A stretch of DNA of 64,000 bases, taken from the NCBI RefSeq assembly GCF_004010195.1, contig NC_057758.1, forward strand, positions 4,126,962-4,190,961, written 5' to 3'. The notes under the pieces were generated by a model, which did no database searches, was not told the origin of the DNA, and worked only from the letters and a program-made list of their open reading frames with translations. Shown one piece after another: positions 25,201 through 38,162 of the stretch. Position numbers and translations under genes: made by a program. The DNA is from Chiloscyllium plagiosum. Taxonomy: Eukaryota. Each line of letters starts with the position of its first letter. The stretch's first letter is position 1.

Positions 25201-26770
25201 CTATCTCCAAATCTAAAACCTGTCCTGTTTCATTGCTCAGTACGAAATCCAGTGTGGCCTCGCCTCTTCTTGGCCTATCTATATTAGACACCTGCAAGAT
25301 GATAGAGAAGTTATGAGGCCCTAGCTGACATTTTTGCATAATCATGAACCACGGGTGAGGTGTCGGAAACTGGAAGACAGCGAATTCTGTGCGGTTATTC
25401 AAGAAGGCCTGAAAACAAAATCCTGGGAAAGAAAGACTCACAAGTCGACCATCTGTGGTAGGTACGTTACTTGAGACAATTCTAAGATATACAAGCATTT
25501 GGAAATATAGGGCTTGATTAGAAATCGTCAGCTTTGCTTTTTTTTGCGTGGGATATCATACTTCGCAAATTTGTTAGAGTTCATTGCTGGAGGGATCAGG
25601 AAGGTTATTGAGAGCGGGGCGGTAGAGTGGGATGGAATACAGAGGGTGCTGGCAAATCTATACACAATTGGCTTTATAATAAAAAGCAGTGGCTAATAGT
25701 GGTTGGATGTTTGTCGGACTGGAGGCCAGTGATTAGTGGAGTGCGTCATGGATCGGCGCTGGGCCCATTGATATTTGTAATCTGTATCAATGATTTGGAT
25801 GAGACTGCACAAGGCGCACGAGTAAGTTTGCAATTCACACTAGAATAGTCCGCATGATAGCATGCGAGAACATTGAATACAAATTCCAGCAGGACATTGA
25901 TAAGCTGGGGAAATGGGCTGAGAAATGCCAAATGGAGTTTACTATAGATAAACGTGAAGTATTGCATTTATGGAAAGTCAAGTCAAGTAGGATTTTCTTG
26001 GTAAAAGGTCTGGCCTTCCGGCTTGTGGAACAGGTGGACTTTTGAGCTCAGGTCTACCGTTCTCTGAAATTGTACTAAAAAAAAAGACAGGGCAGTGAAG
26101 AAGCCTTGCAGCACACTGACTTTCATCAGACAGGGCATTGAGTGTAGAAGTTTGGAAGCCATGTGTCATTTGCAAAGGGGCTTTACTCTGGTCGCATTTC
26201 GCGAATTCTGTTCAGTTTTAGTCACCTTGCTATAGAAAAGATTTTATTAAACAGGAAAGAGTGCAGAATAAATTCACAATAATGTTGCCAGGTCACAAGG
26301 TCTGTTTTATAAGGAGAGATTGGACAAGCTAGTATTTCTTTTCTTCAGAGCACCGGAAACTGCGAGGGGATTTTATCGAAGTGCAGATGATCTTGAGAAA
26401 TAGGGTGAATGCACTCAGTCTTTTTCACACGGTTGGCCAACTGAAGATGAGATGGAATCAGTTTAAGTTTAGAAGGGGAAAAAAAGAAGGGAGCCTAAGA
26501 GGTAACATTTTCCACAGAGGGTTGTAAGCATTTGAATTGGAATGAATGAAAGGAGCTGACAGCAGAATTAGTTGGTCAGGTTCATTAACAATATTTAAAA
26601 TACACTTGACGCAATACATGGATAGGAGACGTTTCAAAGGATAGGAAAGGTTTCGAAGGATATTGGATAAGTGCAGGGAAATGGAGTTTACGTTGGTTGA
26701 CAATTTGATTGGCGTGGACCAGTTTAGGCCAAAGTATCTGTCTCCGTGCTCTATGGCTCTGCATCTCTAT
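22270..26770 (+). mobile_element. CR1 LINE (22270-23035 and 25290-26770) split by a nested antisense CR1
   Basis: KSPGPEQVY breakpoint resumes at about 25290. [16 protein letters not shown]. 3' tail at about 26770. Confidence 0.8.
23036..25288 (-). mobile_element. Nested CR1/HER1 LINE, 5'-truncated
   Basis: DRPRRGEATLDFVL..GDSDHN, PEDWKIPHFVPLFKKG, tail ACAGAACATTACAGCG. Confidence 0.85.
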
Positions 26771-26989
26771 GAACCCAGATCTCCTGGATAAAAGATGAGG
26801 AGACTTTCATGTTACCATTAGACCCCTCAGCGGACTGCCTATTATTGTAAGTTGAGCTTCTCTAACACGTATTCACTGGTCGCAAAGCTCATTTTCATCT
26901 CCCATGGATTAAAAAAAAGGCTTCATTATCATATGTGAAAGACTGTAAAAGATCAAGCGTCTCATTCTGCCCTCGTGTTTTCCAAACAC

Positions 26990-27575
26990 AGACGACACAC
27001 AGTTGAATGTTCAAATATCAGCGTCCCGTACTGTAGACATTGAATTACATCATAAATACGTTTGATACATGCGTACTGTCGAGTGTCCATGTATTAAATA
27101 CTTGACATTACATACTGTATTACTTGAGATGCCGTTTTACTGCAGATGGTACACATGTTATACACTTATCAGTATCCAAATATCAGCCGTCCAAAAGAGC
27201 AAACATCGTATTGATGCCGATAATCTGGGAGCTGAACATTATTGAGTGCCTACATATGACTGAATAAACTGTCTGATTACAATATAGTTACTCACTGGAT
27301 CTCCTTGTTGGTGAGAGAGTGGTGAACAGGTTTCTTTTGCCTTCCTAATTCTTGTATTTACTCCAAGGCCATCCCAAACCCTTTCTCTCCGCCTTCTAAT
27401 CGGGTTTTTCTAAAGCACTGCAGGTTTCCAAAGTTTAAAATTGTTGCTATCTGAACGGTGCAATTATTATAATGAAAGGTGTGAGTGAGAAACATAACAT
27501 TCAATTCAGACATTATGAGAAGTATGCTGTTCTGCCTCTCAAACCTGTTCTGCTATTCATCAGGACTGTCTCTGT
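26990..27575 (-). pseudogene. Decayed V remnant (27400-27575) plus C-type exon (26990-27268)
   Basis: DE*QNRF/RGRTAYFS..FSLT..SDS (B7-like D/E strands). C exon has RC..G*Y..IYDV..VC. 5' part interrupted by CR1. Confidence 0.45.
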
Positions 27576-28430
27576 CCCAAATTTCTATTCATCTACTTTC
27601 CTGCCTTTCTCTGTAACCCGTGATTCCCCGACGGATCAACAGTCTACCGATCTCAGTCTTAAATTTACACAACAATTCTCACAACAATAGCTCTCTATGA
27701 CACGGCGTTCCAAATGTTCACAATCTTTTGAGTGAAGAAATTCGTCCTCATCTCTGTCTAAACTGATGCTTATTTACTCTGACCATCTGGTCCTAGATTC
27801 CCCAATGCAGAAAAACCGCCTATCGGCATTTGCCCTTTCAAACACGCTTTAGAATCACTTGAGTACAACCTTCATTCTCGAAACCTTCAGTGGATTGATC
27901 CCGACAGATTTAGGCTTTGATTATGTGATACTCCCTTCAAACCCGAAATCGTCCCAGTGTACCTTCTCTGAACTGACTCCAATAAAATGAAATTTTTCCT
28001 TCAATTCGAGAACAAAAAACTGTTTCCTGTTTTCGAGACATTGTTTCTCCAGCATCTTCAGCAGTTCCAATCAGACGTTACTCCTGTGATACTTCAATTC
28101 CTTGAAAAAAGTGTCAACATTCCATTAGACTTTGTGGTTGCCCGCTGTGCCTCTGTACCACCGTTTTTGTGTTTTGTGAACATATCCTCCAAAGTTACAT
28201 TCTGTTGCAGTTTTCTTCATTTCAATAATAATCTGCTGTTTTTCTCCCTTCCAAAACGAAGACCTTAAAGTTTCAACGTTATACAACATTTGTCAATATT
28301 GTGCCCACTGACTTCAACAATTAATATGTTTCAATTAATTGTTTAGACCCTGCTCAAAACATGGCATTCCACCAACCGTTATGTCGTCTGCAATTTTGGG
28401 GAATGGATGTTCACTTCCTTGCTTCAAGTT
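27575..28430 (-). mobile_element. Degenerate CR1 3' fragment
   Basis: KIADDITVGG and a typical 3' end. Confidence 0.65.
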
Positions 28431-28479
28431 ATTACTACTGTGCTGGTTGAAATTTCCCATTATCTCCCCTTGTCTGGGG

Positions 28480-29006
28480 TGTGGCGACTGTGAGGATAAA
28501 CTACAGCCAGTTGTCTCCCAAGTCTGGCGATATTGCTCCTTTAACACCTTTATGTGGTAGTTGTTTTGGTTTGGGTTTGAGCAGTCTGGCTGTTCAGAGC
28601 AAGTAGTTATTCAGTTTTGAGTCTGCTGGTCAAAGAAAAACTTCCATGGAGGAAGGTGTTCCACGCTAAATCTATCTGCCTCCCTCCCCTGTGGATCCTG
28701 TGTGTTTTTCTCTTTTATTCCAAGGCCGTGTTTATGGGGATTGTTGCAGTAATTTGCCATATCATTAAGTTGGTATAACTTGTTCAGTTTTCGGATCGGT
28801 TATGCCATTCTATGCTCTGTTCGCTATTGTTTGTGTTTCATTCCGTAATCTTGCAAATTAATTCTGTTCGGTTTAAAATTAAGAGTTTGGGCCAATAGCA
28901 TCACTCCTGGAATATGTTCTGTGAATTTGCATAAAACAATTGACAATTTTAGGGTCTGGGCTACTTTCTTCAAATATCTTGATGGGTTCTGGCCTGCTCC
29001 ATGACA
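28480..29006. mobile_element. Possible solo LTR
   Basis: TG...CA ends and ...TCTGGCCTGCTCCATGACA terminus resembling recalled shark LTRs. No TSD found. Confidence 0.3.
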
Positions 29007-29589
29007 CAATGGTTCAACATTTTTGTTGTGTGCATGTTATTTACTTCGAAACAGAACTACTCACTGTCCTGTCGTACCCTATTTCTCAAGTTGCCTTGAA
29101 TCCACCGTTTACTAACAGCCTGCTTTACAGCAACCCGTATGGAAGGCAAATGATATGTTGGTCTTAATTGCAATGGGAAGTCGGGATGACTCACTGAAGT
29201 TATCCAGGGCGTTGGCAAGATCATACTTCGTGATTTCTGTGTAGTTTGGACTCGCTTACCCAAAGTGGATCTTCACGCCATTGAATGCTTATCTAGACGG
29301 CATTGGCTCTCCATGAGAATGTGACATTTCAGCTCATCTTGAATCGACTTTACTCACTTTTCTGCATAACTCTTGATTCCCTATCCTGATTAAACGTACT
29401 TTGGCACACCCTTAAATCTACTGAAAGATCCAACCTCAACAGCCCTCTATGGTTAAGAATTCCAAAGATTCACTGTTCTCTGAGACAAGAAATTCCACCT
29501 CAATCGGTGACATATTATTATGAGATGATGACCACTGGTTTCTGCAACTCTCCTTTCACGTCCCTTAAAAATCTTGCATTTTTCTCTTT

Positions 29590-29962
29590 TATACTGCAAG
29601 GATCTCGGTGGAATCTACTCCACATGAATAGCCGCTCCTCCCTGAATGCCTTGTAAACCTTCTGGGAAGCAAGATTGGTAATTGGGCTGAGAGGCCGTGG
29701 GTGTGGTGAGGAGTGGGGTCCATTCCTTAGCCATTCACATGCTGTACCATGTCTCCAAGTAAAACGAGCATTGTTTTTCAGACTTCATGTTCATCTGCTG
29801 CGGGCCCTGTCCCAGACTCAGACTGTCATTCAGCTCGATAGGAAAATCTGAAACAATCATAGTGCCGCTGAGGAAGATTCAGAATATTAGCAGGGAAAGA
29901 CCGTGTTGATAAATATAAACTATATCCACAGGTTGAAATTGAAGTCACAGATGTGCCTTCGC
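29590..29962 (-). pseudogene. Possible decayed Ig V-set exon
   Basis: Acceptor CATTCCAG. Motifs QPVDIV..TVFPC*Y and SGYSCGV. Cys-Cys spacing somewhat long. Confidence 0.3.
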
Positions 29963-30499
29963 CTGGAATGAACTCCTGGAATTTCCTTAGTACCGACAGT
30001 GTGGGTCAACTTCCAGCATGTGAACGATGGTGGTTCCAGAAGGCAGCTCACCACCACATTCTCAAGGGCAACTATAGAGTGCTGGGCTCAATAGGTGAAA
30101 CGCATATTGCAATTTAAGCATTCGGGTCAGATCATTCAGGAAAGATGATAGAAAATAATTCGATTTCAATGAATAGTGGAGGATTGGAGTGCTCGTATTC
30201 AAGTAGCGATGGATGCTAATCCAATTGTTTACTTTAAATATGATATATACTTTTTCTTTCTTCAGCATGGGTAGCATGGTCATGGGCTTCAAGCAGGCAT
30301 ATAATGTTATCCTACAGATCATTGATAGGTTTATTGAGTTGCTGGGCAGACTTGATGGTTTGAATGGCTCAGTGTTACTCCTTTAAAGATCATGTCTGTT
30401 CATTCCATCAGCGTATCCTGCTTCACTAATTCCAGAAGAGATAAAGGATTCCACTCAGAAATCCATCCATCGAAGTTCCTATCCAAAAACTGGACGCTC

Positions 30500-30680
30500 G
30501 CTTTAATTCTTATTGCAAATATTGCAATTGAATCTTATGCTCTTGCTCCAAAACCACTTGATGAAGGAGCAGCGCTCCGAAACCACTGATTCCAAATAAA
30601 TCTGTTGGGCTAATACCTGGTGTGAAATGAATTTTTCAACTTTGTCGACCCCTGTCAAACAACGGCTCCTCCACATTATG
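30500..30680 (+). mobile_element. Penelope-type terminal fragment with degenerate hammerhead
   Basis: TTGATGA-A-GGAGC-AGC-GCTCC-GAAAC at 30558-30583. Confidence 0.6.
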
Positions 30681-30999
30681 CCCACCTTGTAGACCGGTCT
30701 TGAAACCATCCCTCTTTTAGCAAGATTTGGTCAGCTATCCTCAGTCGAGTTTTATGGTAGAGAAAGCGATTTGACACGTTGTGTCTGTACCTAGAGTCCC
30801 ATTCTCCAGCTGTATCTCCATAACCTTCCCAGTTTTCCCCTTTGAAATATATTTCCAGCTTTCTTTTGAAACTTCTTGAAATTCTCGTGCTTGTCTCTCT
30901 TTGGCTTATCCTGGAAGGATGTGCTGCCCAGTCGAAGTGATGTCCTTCCTGCTCTGTATGTAAGAATACCAGTGAAATTGTGTCATGTCTTTTTGTGGC

Positions 31000-31240
31000 C
31001 AGTTGAGAATAAGGACAGGAACGGGCATCACCACTGGAAATGTCGTCCCAGCAGGAAATGACATCGCCAACCCAAGGAAACCTAAACGCATAAATGGAAA
31101 GTGGGCAACGCTACTAGTGCTTTGTCTGGAGGCTCACCGATGATGTTACCTGGTGTGTTGGCGTAACGTCTGAAAATAAAACTTCCAGCTCTGTGAGCAA
31201 ACCTGCATTCACAATTATAAGAACCATGAATAAATTACTC
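31000..31240 (+). mobile_element. Penelope-type terminal fragment (same family as 31600-31880)
   Basis: GGAAATGACATC repeats, CCAAGGAAACCTAAAC, degenerate hammerhead at about 31138. Confidence 0.6.
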
Positions 31241-31599
31241 AGCCGGAGACCCCGCCCACTTTGGTTTATGTTCAGAGAGGAATAGTGTAAATGAAAGGTG
31301 CCAGGAAAGGTTTTAACACAGAGAATGGTAGTTGTCTGGACCACACTGCCAGGGGCGATGCCGGAAATAAATGAACCAGCAAGGGTAAAGAGCCATTTCA
31401 ACAAACACTTGACAACGCAGAGAATAGAGAGATTAAGTCCACGTGCAGGGAGATGGGATTGGTTTGGCACAGACATGCATTAAGAAGAATCAGTTTCTGA
31501 TTTCTATGACATATGGAGAAATTTGCCTGTGAAGAGAGATTGGATACATCGGCATTCTTTCCTTTAGAACAGAGAACGTCTCTGGGAATTCTGAAAATG

Positions 31600-31880
31600 A
31601 ACACATCGAAATGGATCCCATTTACGACCAGCTGTGAAAAAGCACAGGAAATGTCATCAGCACAGGAAATGGCGTCACCATACGGAATGACATCAACCTA
31701 TGCCAAGGAAACCTAAACACACATATAGAAAGCAAGCCATTCCACGAGTGTTTCATCCGAAGTCTCACTGAGGATGTTATCTAGTGTGGTGACGAAACCT
31801 CTAAAGCTGAGCGTCCCAGCTCAGCGATCAAACTTTGGCCCAGAACCACAACCTGAGCTACAGTTTTTCTCAAATTCACT
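31600..31880 (+). mobile_element. Penelope-type terminal fragment
   Basis: Homologous to 31000-31240. Carries the hammerhead motif at 31768. Confidence 0.6.
31768..31801 (+). ncRNA. Hammerhead-like motif, second PLE family
   Basis: CTGAGGA-T-GTTATC-loop6-GGTGAC-GAAAC-CTC. Stem III palindrome has one substitution. Confidence 0.55.
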
Positions 31881-32059
31881 TCTCATACTTCTAGATATTT
31901 CTAGCCAGACTGAGCCTCGCCGTCAACAATCAAATGATGCCTGTTTGTAGAGTATAAGATCAAGAGAGGCATGGAGAAAGTGAACAATAAGCGGCTGCAC
32001 GCCATAGTCAAAGGTCCAATGACAAACAGTCGCAATATATATTTGAAATGTAGAGGATA

Positions 32060-32520
32060 TTTTATTCACAGGGTGAGAGCATCGCTGGTTAGGCAGTATA
32101 TATTGCCCAACCAGACGCCAGTTAGGTGTCAACAACATTTCTACGTGTCTGGAGCCACAAGTGGGACAGACCACGTAAGGATGGCACTTTGCTTCCCTAA
32201 AGGACTTTAGAGAACCACATTTGTTTTTCTGACAATCGACAGGGGACTCAAGTTCATCCTCCGCGTCATAAGTCCATAGTTCATTAAATATTTTACTTCA
32301 ACTTCCACAATCGTCTGGAGCAAGAGACGATTGTGGAAGTTGAAGTAAAATATTTAATGAACTATGGACTTATGACGCGGAGGATGAACTTGAGTCCCCT
32401 GTCGATGGTCAGAAAAACAAATGTGGTTCTCTAAAGTCCTTTAGGGAAGCAAAGTGCCATCCTTCCGTGGCCAGATTCCCCAGAACGTTGTCTGGGTCTG
32501 TGGATTAACAATGTCGCAAA
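32060..32520 (-). mobile_element. Second SINE family copy containing a foldback duplication
   Basis: Homologous to 18845-19095. tRNA-like 5' end at about 32470-32520. Confidence 0.65.
32171..32470. repeat. 146-bp inverted repeat with 8-nt loop
   Basis: Arms 32171-32316 and 32325-32470, 2 mismatches seen. Confidence 0.92.
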
Positions 32521-32739
32521 AGATTTGATGGGAAGCGTTTTCAACCTGGCGGTCTGAAGGGCATCTCTTGCAGGGCACTCATAATCTTTAAAAAGCCATT
32601 GGATATTTCACATTCAAATCCAAAGGCAAGTTTTGGGATATGGAGCTGGTGTATATTTCGAATATTACTTCGTATTATGGACTCGATGGGCTGAATGGGA
32701 TCTCCTGGTCTTCTGAATTACATTATTCTATGCTCGGAC

Positions 32740-33100
32740 ACACTGAAACAATAGCCCACAATCAAGTTCACTCCTTCATTTTACACCGTTAACTTGGGCT
32801 GGAGAGGACATGTTATTCCGATCAGAGATCGGGTGAGGCAATATTCTGAGAATCTCCAATGCCTCACATCTGAGTCCAAATTGGAAAGTAAATTGAAATC
32901 CGTGCTGGGACGGAGCAGAAGACAAAATTCTCTCTGCTTGCTTACCAAACACCAAGAGACCATCAATCATATCAATTCTTATCCGCATTGTACAAGCATG
33001 GAGGGAAATATCTGCCAGATTTGGCTTGCACTAGGAGGTGAATTACCATTTAGTGGGCAGAAGTCGCACAATGAAATATCCTGATACAAGCATTACGTAT
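32740..33100 (-). pseudogene. Decayed Ig V-set exon (paralog of 9870-10253)
   Basis: Acceptor CCTCTCCCACAG. Motifs LVQAKSGRYFPPCLY..LMVSW..*RCKM. Confidence 0.5.
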
Positions 33101-33319
33101 CTGTGGGAGAGGCCGCTATTCAAACTCCATGAAGTAATTCGAACACACAAAAGAAGAGCAACAGTAGGTCAGTCAGCGGCCGACGCCAGTATCCCCAAAC
33201 CTAATCGATCACGAACACAGAAATGAGGCGAAAAGCTCAACGGATCTGGCACCATCTGTGGAGAGATATCAGTTTAACATTCGAGGTTGAATCGCCATTG
33301 ATCAGAACTGTCTGAAGTG

Positions 33320-33555
33320 ATTCTGTGGGCACATGTAGGCTCAGAGCAAGTCAAAGCAAAAAGTTGCAAAGTGGGTCTGGAATCAAACGCAGGAACAGAG
33401 CATGTCAGTGGGCTCAACAGTGCAATGGCTCTGGAATCTCATATAGGGTAGAGCAGGTTAATATGAACCATCGTGGTGCGAGCATGCGGGCATGGAGTCA
33501 CATGTATATACAGAGCAGGACAGTGGTAAGCACAGTGCCGTGGGTTTGGAGTTCT
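33320..33555 (+). repeat. ~54-bp satellite, array 2a
   Basis: Same unit. Confidence 0.75.
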
Positions 33556-35735
33556 ACCTCTCCATAACCTGCAATAAACTTCGGAAAACCAGATAACACA
33601 GCTGTGTTCTTCCTCCCAGCTTACAAACAGAAGTGAAACAATTTTGTGAAAGTAATATAATTCTGGTCTGAAGCAGTAGAACACCTTCTCCGTGAGGTCT
33701 TGGAATCGGTGGACGGGTCTGTATTCAAACGATCGGCGGAAAACCTCGACGAGTATGCAGCTACCATCATGGACTTCATGAGAAAATGCGTGGAGGACTG
33801 TACAGAGATAAATGCCAATCCAGGTGTTCTCCCATTGGAACACTTCGCTGAACCAGGAAATCCACTTCTGACTGAAGACTAGCATTCAGGTCGGATGACA
33901 TAGACCGACACAGGAGGTCCGGCTATGTCCCTGCAGAGCCATCAGGGTTACTGGCATTCAGTACCAGATCACGTGGAAGGCCCAAACGAAACAAATAGAT
34001 TCCCGCCGTCTGTGAGAAGGCTAAATCTGCATTACAGGTGAGAACATGAAACAGAGCAAGACAGAAGTCAAGGACACATGCTTCCTTGATGTGCACACAT
34101 CTAAGCTTAGTATGGGCACAATGTCAGCAATATGGTGATGCCTGCCCCAAAAGCTCCACACATATCTGTTTCCTTCATCACCGTTGTGACATCAGATCCG
34201 TCTTACCGGGAATCAACCAAAAGAAAGTGACCCTAGATGGTGTTCCCAGCCAAGCACTCAGATCCTGTGTGGACTAACTGGCGGATCTTTTCAATGACAT
34301 CTTCTACATCTCATCCTACAAGTCGAAGCCCACAAGTGCTTCAAGAAGATGAATATTATCCCTGCAACTGAGAAGGCAAATACAAAGAGCCTTCATGATT
34401 TCCGCCCAGTAACTCTGACTTCAATAATAATGAAGTGCTTTGAGAGGCTTGTCATGGCTCACATCATCTTATGTCTCCCTGCCTGCCTGGGTTTGTGTTT
34501 ACATAATTTACCAAATGATGTAACAGGTACAGAACTGATGTCATAACCCTAACCCTGCACTCATCCCTGGAACGTCTGGGCAACAAAGACATCGATGTCG
34601 GACTCCTGTTCATCGATGACAGCTCCCCCTTCAACATCATAATTTCCTCCAGATTGATTGCAAAACTCTGTGACGGGCATCTCCACACTCTCCAACTGGA
34701 TCATCAGCTCTCTGACTGACAGACTGAAATCAGTGAAAATAGACACCAGCACCTCGTCCATGTTAACTTTCAGTACTGGAGCCCACGACGGATGCAACCT
34801 CAGTCCCCTACTATATTCTCTGTGCACCCACGACAGTGCAATTCCAAACAAACGTCATCTGCAGGTTTGCTAACAACATTACTGTGATAGGAGAGATATC
34901 TGAAAACAATGAGTCAAAGTTCAGAAAGGAGATAGAGAGCATGGCGAAGTGGTGATAACAACTTCTCTCACCGGCAGCAAAAGTAGAGTACTGATCATTG
35001 ACTTCAGAAAGAATGAAAGAGAAGATGCCCCATCAACGTCGACAGAGCTGAGGTGAAGATGGTAGAGACCATCAAGCTCATCAGAGCGACAATAAATGAC
35101 AACATCTGCTGAGATTTTGACGTGGATGCGACAGTTAAGAAGGCAAAACAATTGTCTCTCCCTCAGGTTTTGCATATCTATGAGGATCATCACCAACTTG
35201 TATAAATGCACTACCAATAGCACAACGTCGGGCTGCCTATCGGCTTGGCGCATCAACTGCTCTTCCCAGGAACGTAGGAAACTACAAAAGGTGATGTGCG
35301 CATCCCAGACCATCACGGAAACGCACCATCCATCCATGGACCATGTATATGCAGTTTACTGCCAACGAAAGGCTGCCAACATCATCAAAGACCCGTTGAA
35401 CCCGAGTAATGATTTCCTACAACCTATTTCGTTTGAGAGATGATACAGAAGTCTGAACACATGCACACACGTACAAACACACACCAGTCACTTCAAACAA
35501 AACATACCGTTTCCCACGCGTTACCAGACTGATGAATGGACTCTATCACTTGAAGTGATACGAACATTGATACTGCCTCGCGCAGGCTCTATAGCCTGTA
35601 AATGCCTCTGTTGTATTCTCTCCTTCTGAACTGTATGTCCTTACTGACTATGTCCTGCATATAAAGCTTGTAAATGAAGATTATCACTGTATGTAGGTAC
35701 ATGCAACAATGATGCAAATCGAAGCAAATCAAAAA
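33555..35735 (+). mobile_element. Rex1/Babar-type LINE, 5'-truncated, inserted into the satellite array
   Basis: ENLDEYAATIMDFMRKCVEDC, DFRPVTLTSIIMKCFERLV, GAHDGCNLSPLLYSLCTHD, KAANIIKDP. Confidence 0.85.
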
Positions 35736-35744
35736 CTCATGCTT

Positions 35745-36485
35745 ATGACAGTGCTTTGTGTCTGGAGTCGCATGAGAAGACAGAACAGGTTAGTGTTAAA
35801 CAGAGTGCTGTGAAACTGGGGTAGCATGAAGAAACAGAGCAGATCAGCGATTACCAGACTGTGGTTGGCCTGCAATACAATGCAGAGAACGCAGAAGGAC
35901 AGTGGGAAACACTGCGTTGGGTTTTGGGGTTAATTGTCGCCATAGTAGAGGTCACTGACAAGCAAAGTGCAGTTGACCAGTAATAACATGCAGAGATAGA
36001 ACAAGTTACTACCCGCTATGGCGCTGTGTGTCTGAAGTTATTCATAGAGAAAGAGAAATATATTGCTAACCACAGTATTTGGGTCTGGAATCACAAACAG
36101 AGTCAGAACGGGTCAGTGATAACACAACACTATTGGTCAGGAATTGCATGTAGATATAGAGCAGCCAGTGATAACCAGAATGCAGTTGGTCAGTTGTTAC
36201 ATGCGGAGAAAGGACACGTCAGAGGCAAAAACAATCTGCGAGTGTAGAATCACGTACTTGGACACAAAAGATCAGTGAAAACGACAAGTGCTGTTTGGCA
36301 AGATTCAACTGCAATCCGATTAAGAGACGAAGCAGGTCAGTGACAGCCACACTGTTTTGGATCCAGAGTCACGCGCTGAACCAGAGCCGATCAGTGGAGA
36401 CAAAGGTGCTGTGAGTCTGGCATCATATTAAGAGACAGGGCTGCTCAGTGGTAATGTCAGTGCTTTGGGGCTGGAGTCAACATTA
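35745..36485 (+). repeat. ~54-bp satellite, array 2b
   Basis: Same unit. Confidence 0.8.
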
Positions 36486-36599
36486 GATCTCACCCGTTTA
36501 ACGGTTAACAACTGTAATGCAGATATCATCCCACCAAGGCCCTGTACAACCGCAGAAGATATCCCTCCTATGTACTTGAATTCAAAATACCATTTCGAG

Positions 36600-37390
36600 G
36601 AATATCTCTGTCGGATTATCTAAGAGTGGTGTGCTCGGCTCAACCATCTTCAGCTGCTTCATCAATGACCTTCGATCCATCATAAGGCCGAAGTGGGATG
36701 TTCACCAATGGTGGCACAATGTACAGCACCATTTGGGACTCCTTAGATACTGAAGCAGTTCGCGTTCAAAAGTACCAAACTTGAACAATATCCAGGTTTG
36801 GTCTGAAAACTGGCTAGTAACATTTTCTTCACAAAAATGCCAGGCAATAATTAACTCCAACGATAGACAAATTAATATTACTCTTTGATGTTCAATGGCA
36901 TTTCCATCATTGAATCCCCACTGTTAATATCCTGTGGACAGTTATTGAGAGAGATTCTAATCATTACCACTTGATGTTCAATCTTAAAATCATCATTGAT
37001 GGAAGATTATTGGTTTCATCATCGACAAGAAACAGACTGGTCCAGATACATTTATGCAGTCACCATAAGAGCAGGTCAGAGATTGGGAATCCTGCAGCGT
37101 TTACCTCACCTCCTTTCCCCTACGCAACCTCACTCCCTACAGCCTGTTCACTGTTGTCAATGCTGTAGTCTGGGGTGTGTTGAAATTCTCCCTACTTGCC
37201 TGTATGAGATCAGCACTCACGAAGTTCAACTCCTTCGAGTAAAAAGCAGCCTCTTTCTAGACGTCCCACTAAAGAGCACCATCAAAACTCTCTCCATCCA
37301 CCACCGACATGCAGTTAGAGCAGTGTGCATGGCTGCAAAACGCACTACAGAGTCTCCCCAAAATTACTGAGAAAGGACTTTCTAGTTTTG
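36600..37390 (+). mobile_element. CR1-group LINE RT fragment (different family)
   Basis: GVLGSTIFSCFINDL..RAGQRLGILQR. Confidence 0.7.
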
Positions 37391-37829
37391 CCCTCAGTTT
37401 CACTTCAATATATGTAGAGATTGTTCATACCAACTCACTATCACAAACCCTCCGCTCCAAAGTCTCCAATTCAATTGACTCCGATTTTCTATAGGGATTC
37501 CACAATCACCAAAATGCTGCCTTTTGTTCAGGGAACAGCCAGTATCCATTCCTATCTTGGTTTCAACGCATTTGTGTGCACTTAGGCCAAGACGAATTAA
37601 CAGGTCTGCTAAAGGGGGAAAGAATTGGCTGAGCATTCGTCAGGGATTCATAGCGTCGTACAGGACGGAGACAGGCCATTTTGCCCTAAATGGTCCATGC
37701 CAACCAAAATGTCCATTCACGTGAACTCAATTTCCTTGCACTTGACCAATAACCTTGTAAGCCTTTCTTGTCTATGTATTTGTCCACATGTCTTTCAAAT
37801 GTTATTAATGGACCCGCCTCAACCTATCC

Positions 37830-38162
37830 AGACGTCACGTGAACAGCAGTCACAATCTTTGTGATTGACCCAGTTTGGCAGTGTTGTCATTTCTTTTCAG
37901 ATAATGTCGCGTTGGTGCAATGTCCATGCTTCACTTCAGATGCCGAACGATTTAAATTGATGATAATTAGTGAATCTGCATTTGCGAGTCTATATATTGT
38001 CCACACAGAAAGACAGTGAGTCTCACATTCAGGGGCAGTTCGTTCTTTACAACTGTGCTGACGTGTTACAGTCTGGATGGCGACTCGTGATCGGACAGTT
38101 CAGGTTCAGAAGAAAATATTTAACAACAAAACAACGGCTAAGATTTAGAAATGTTTAATCAC
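37830..38162 (-). pseudogene. Decayed exon homologous to 44125-44549 (probable V-set)
   Basis: Nucleotide similarity to 44400-44570 (GATGGCGACT core). Shared SC motif. Acceptor-like GTCCAG. Confidence 0.35.
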
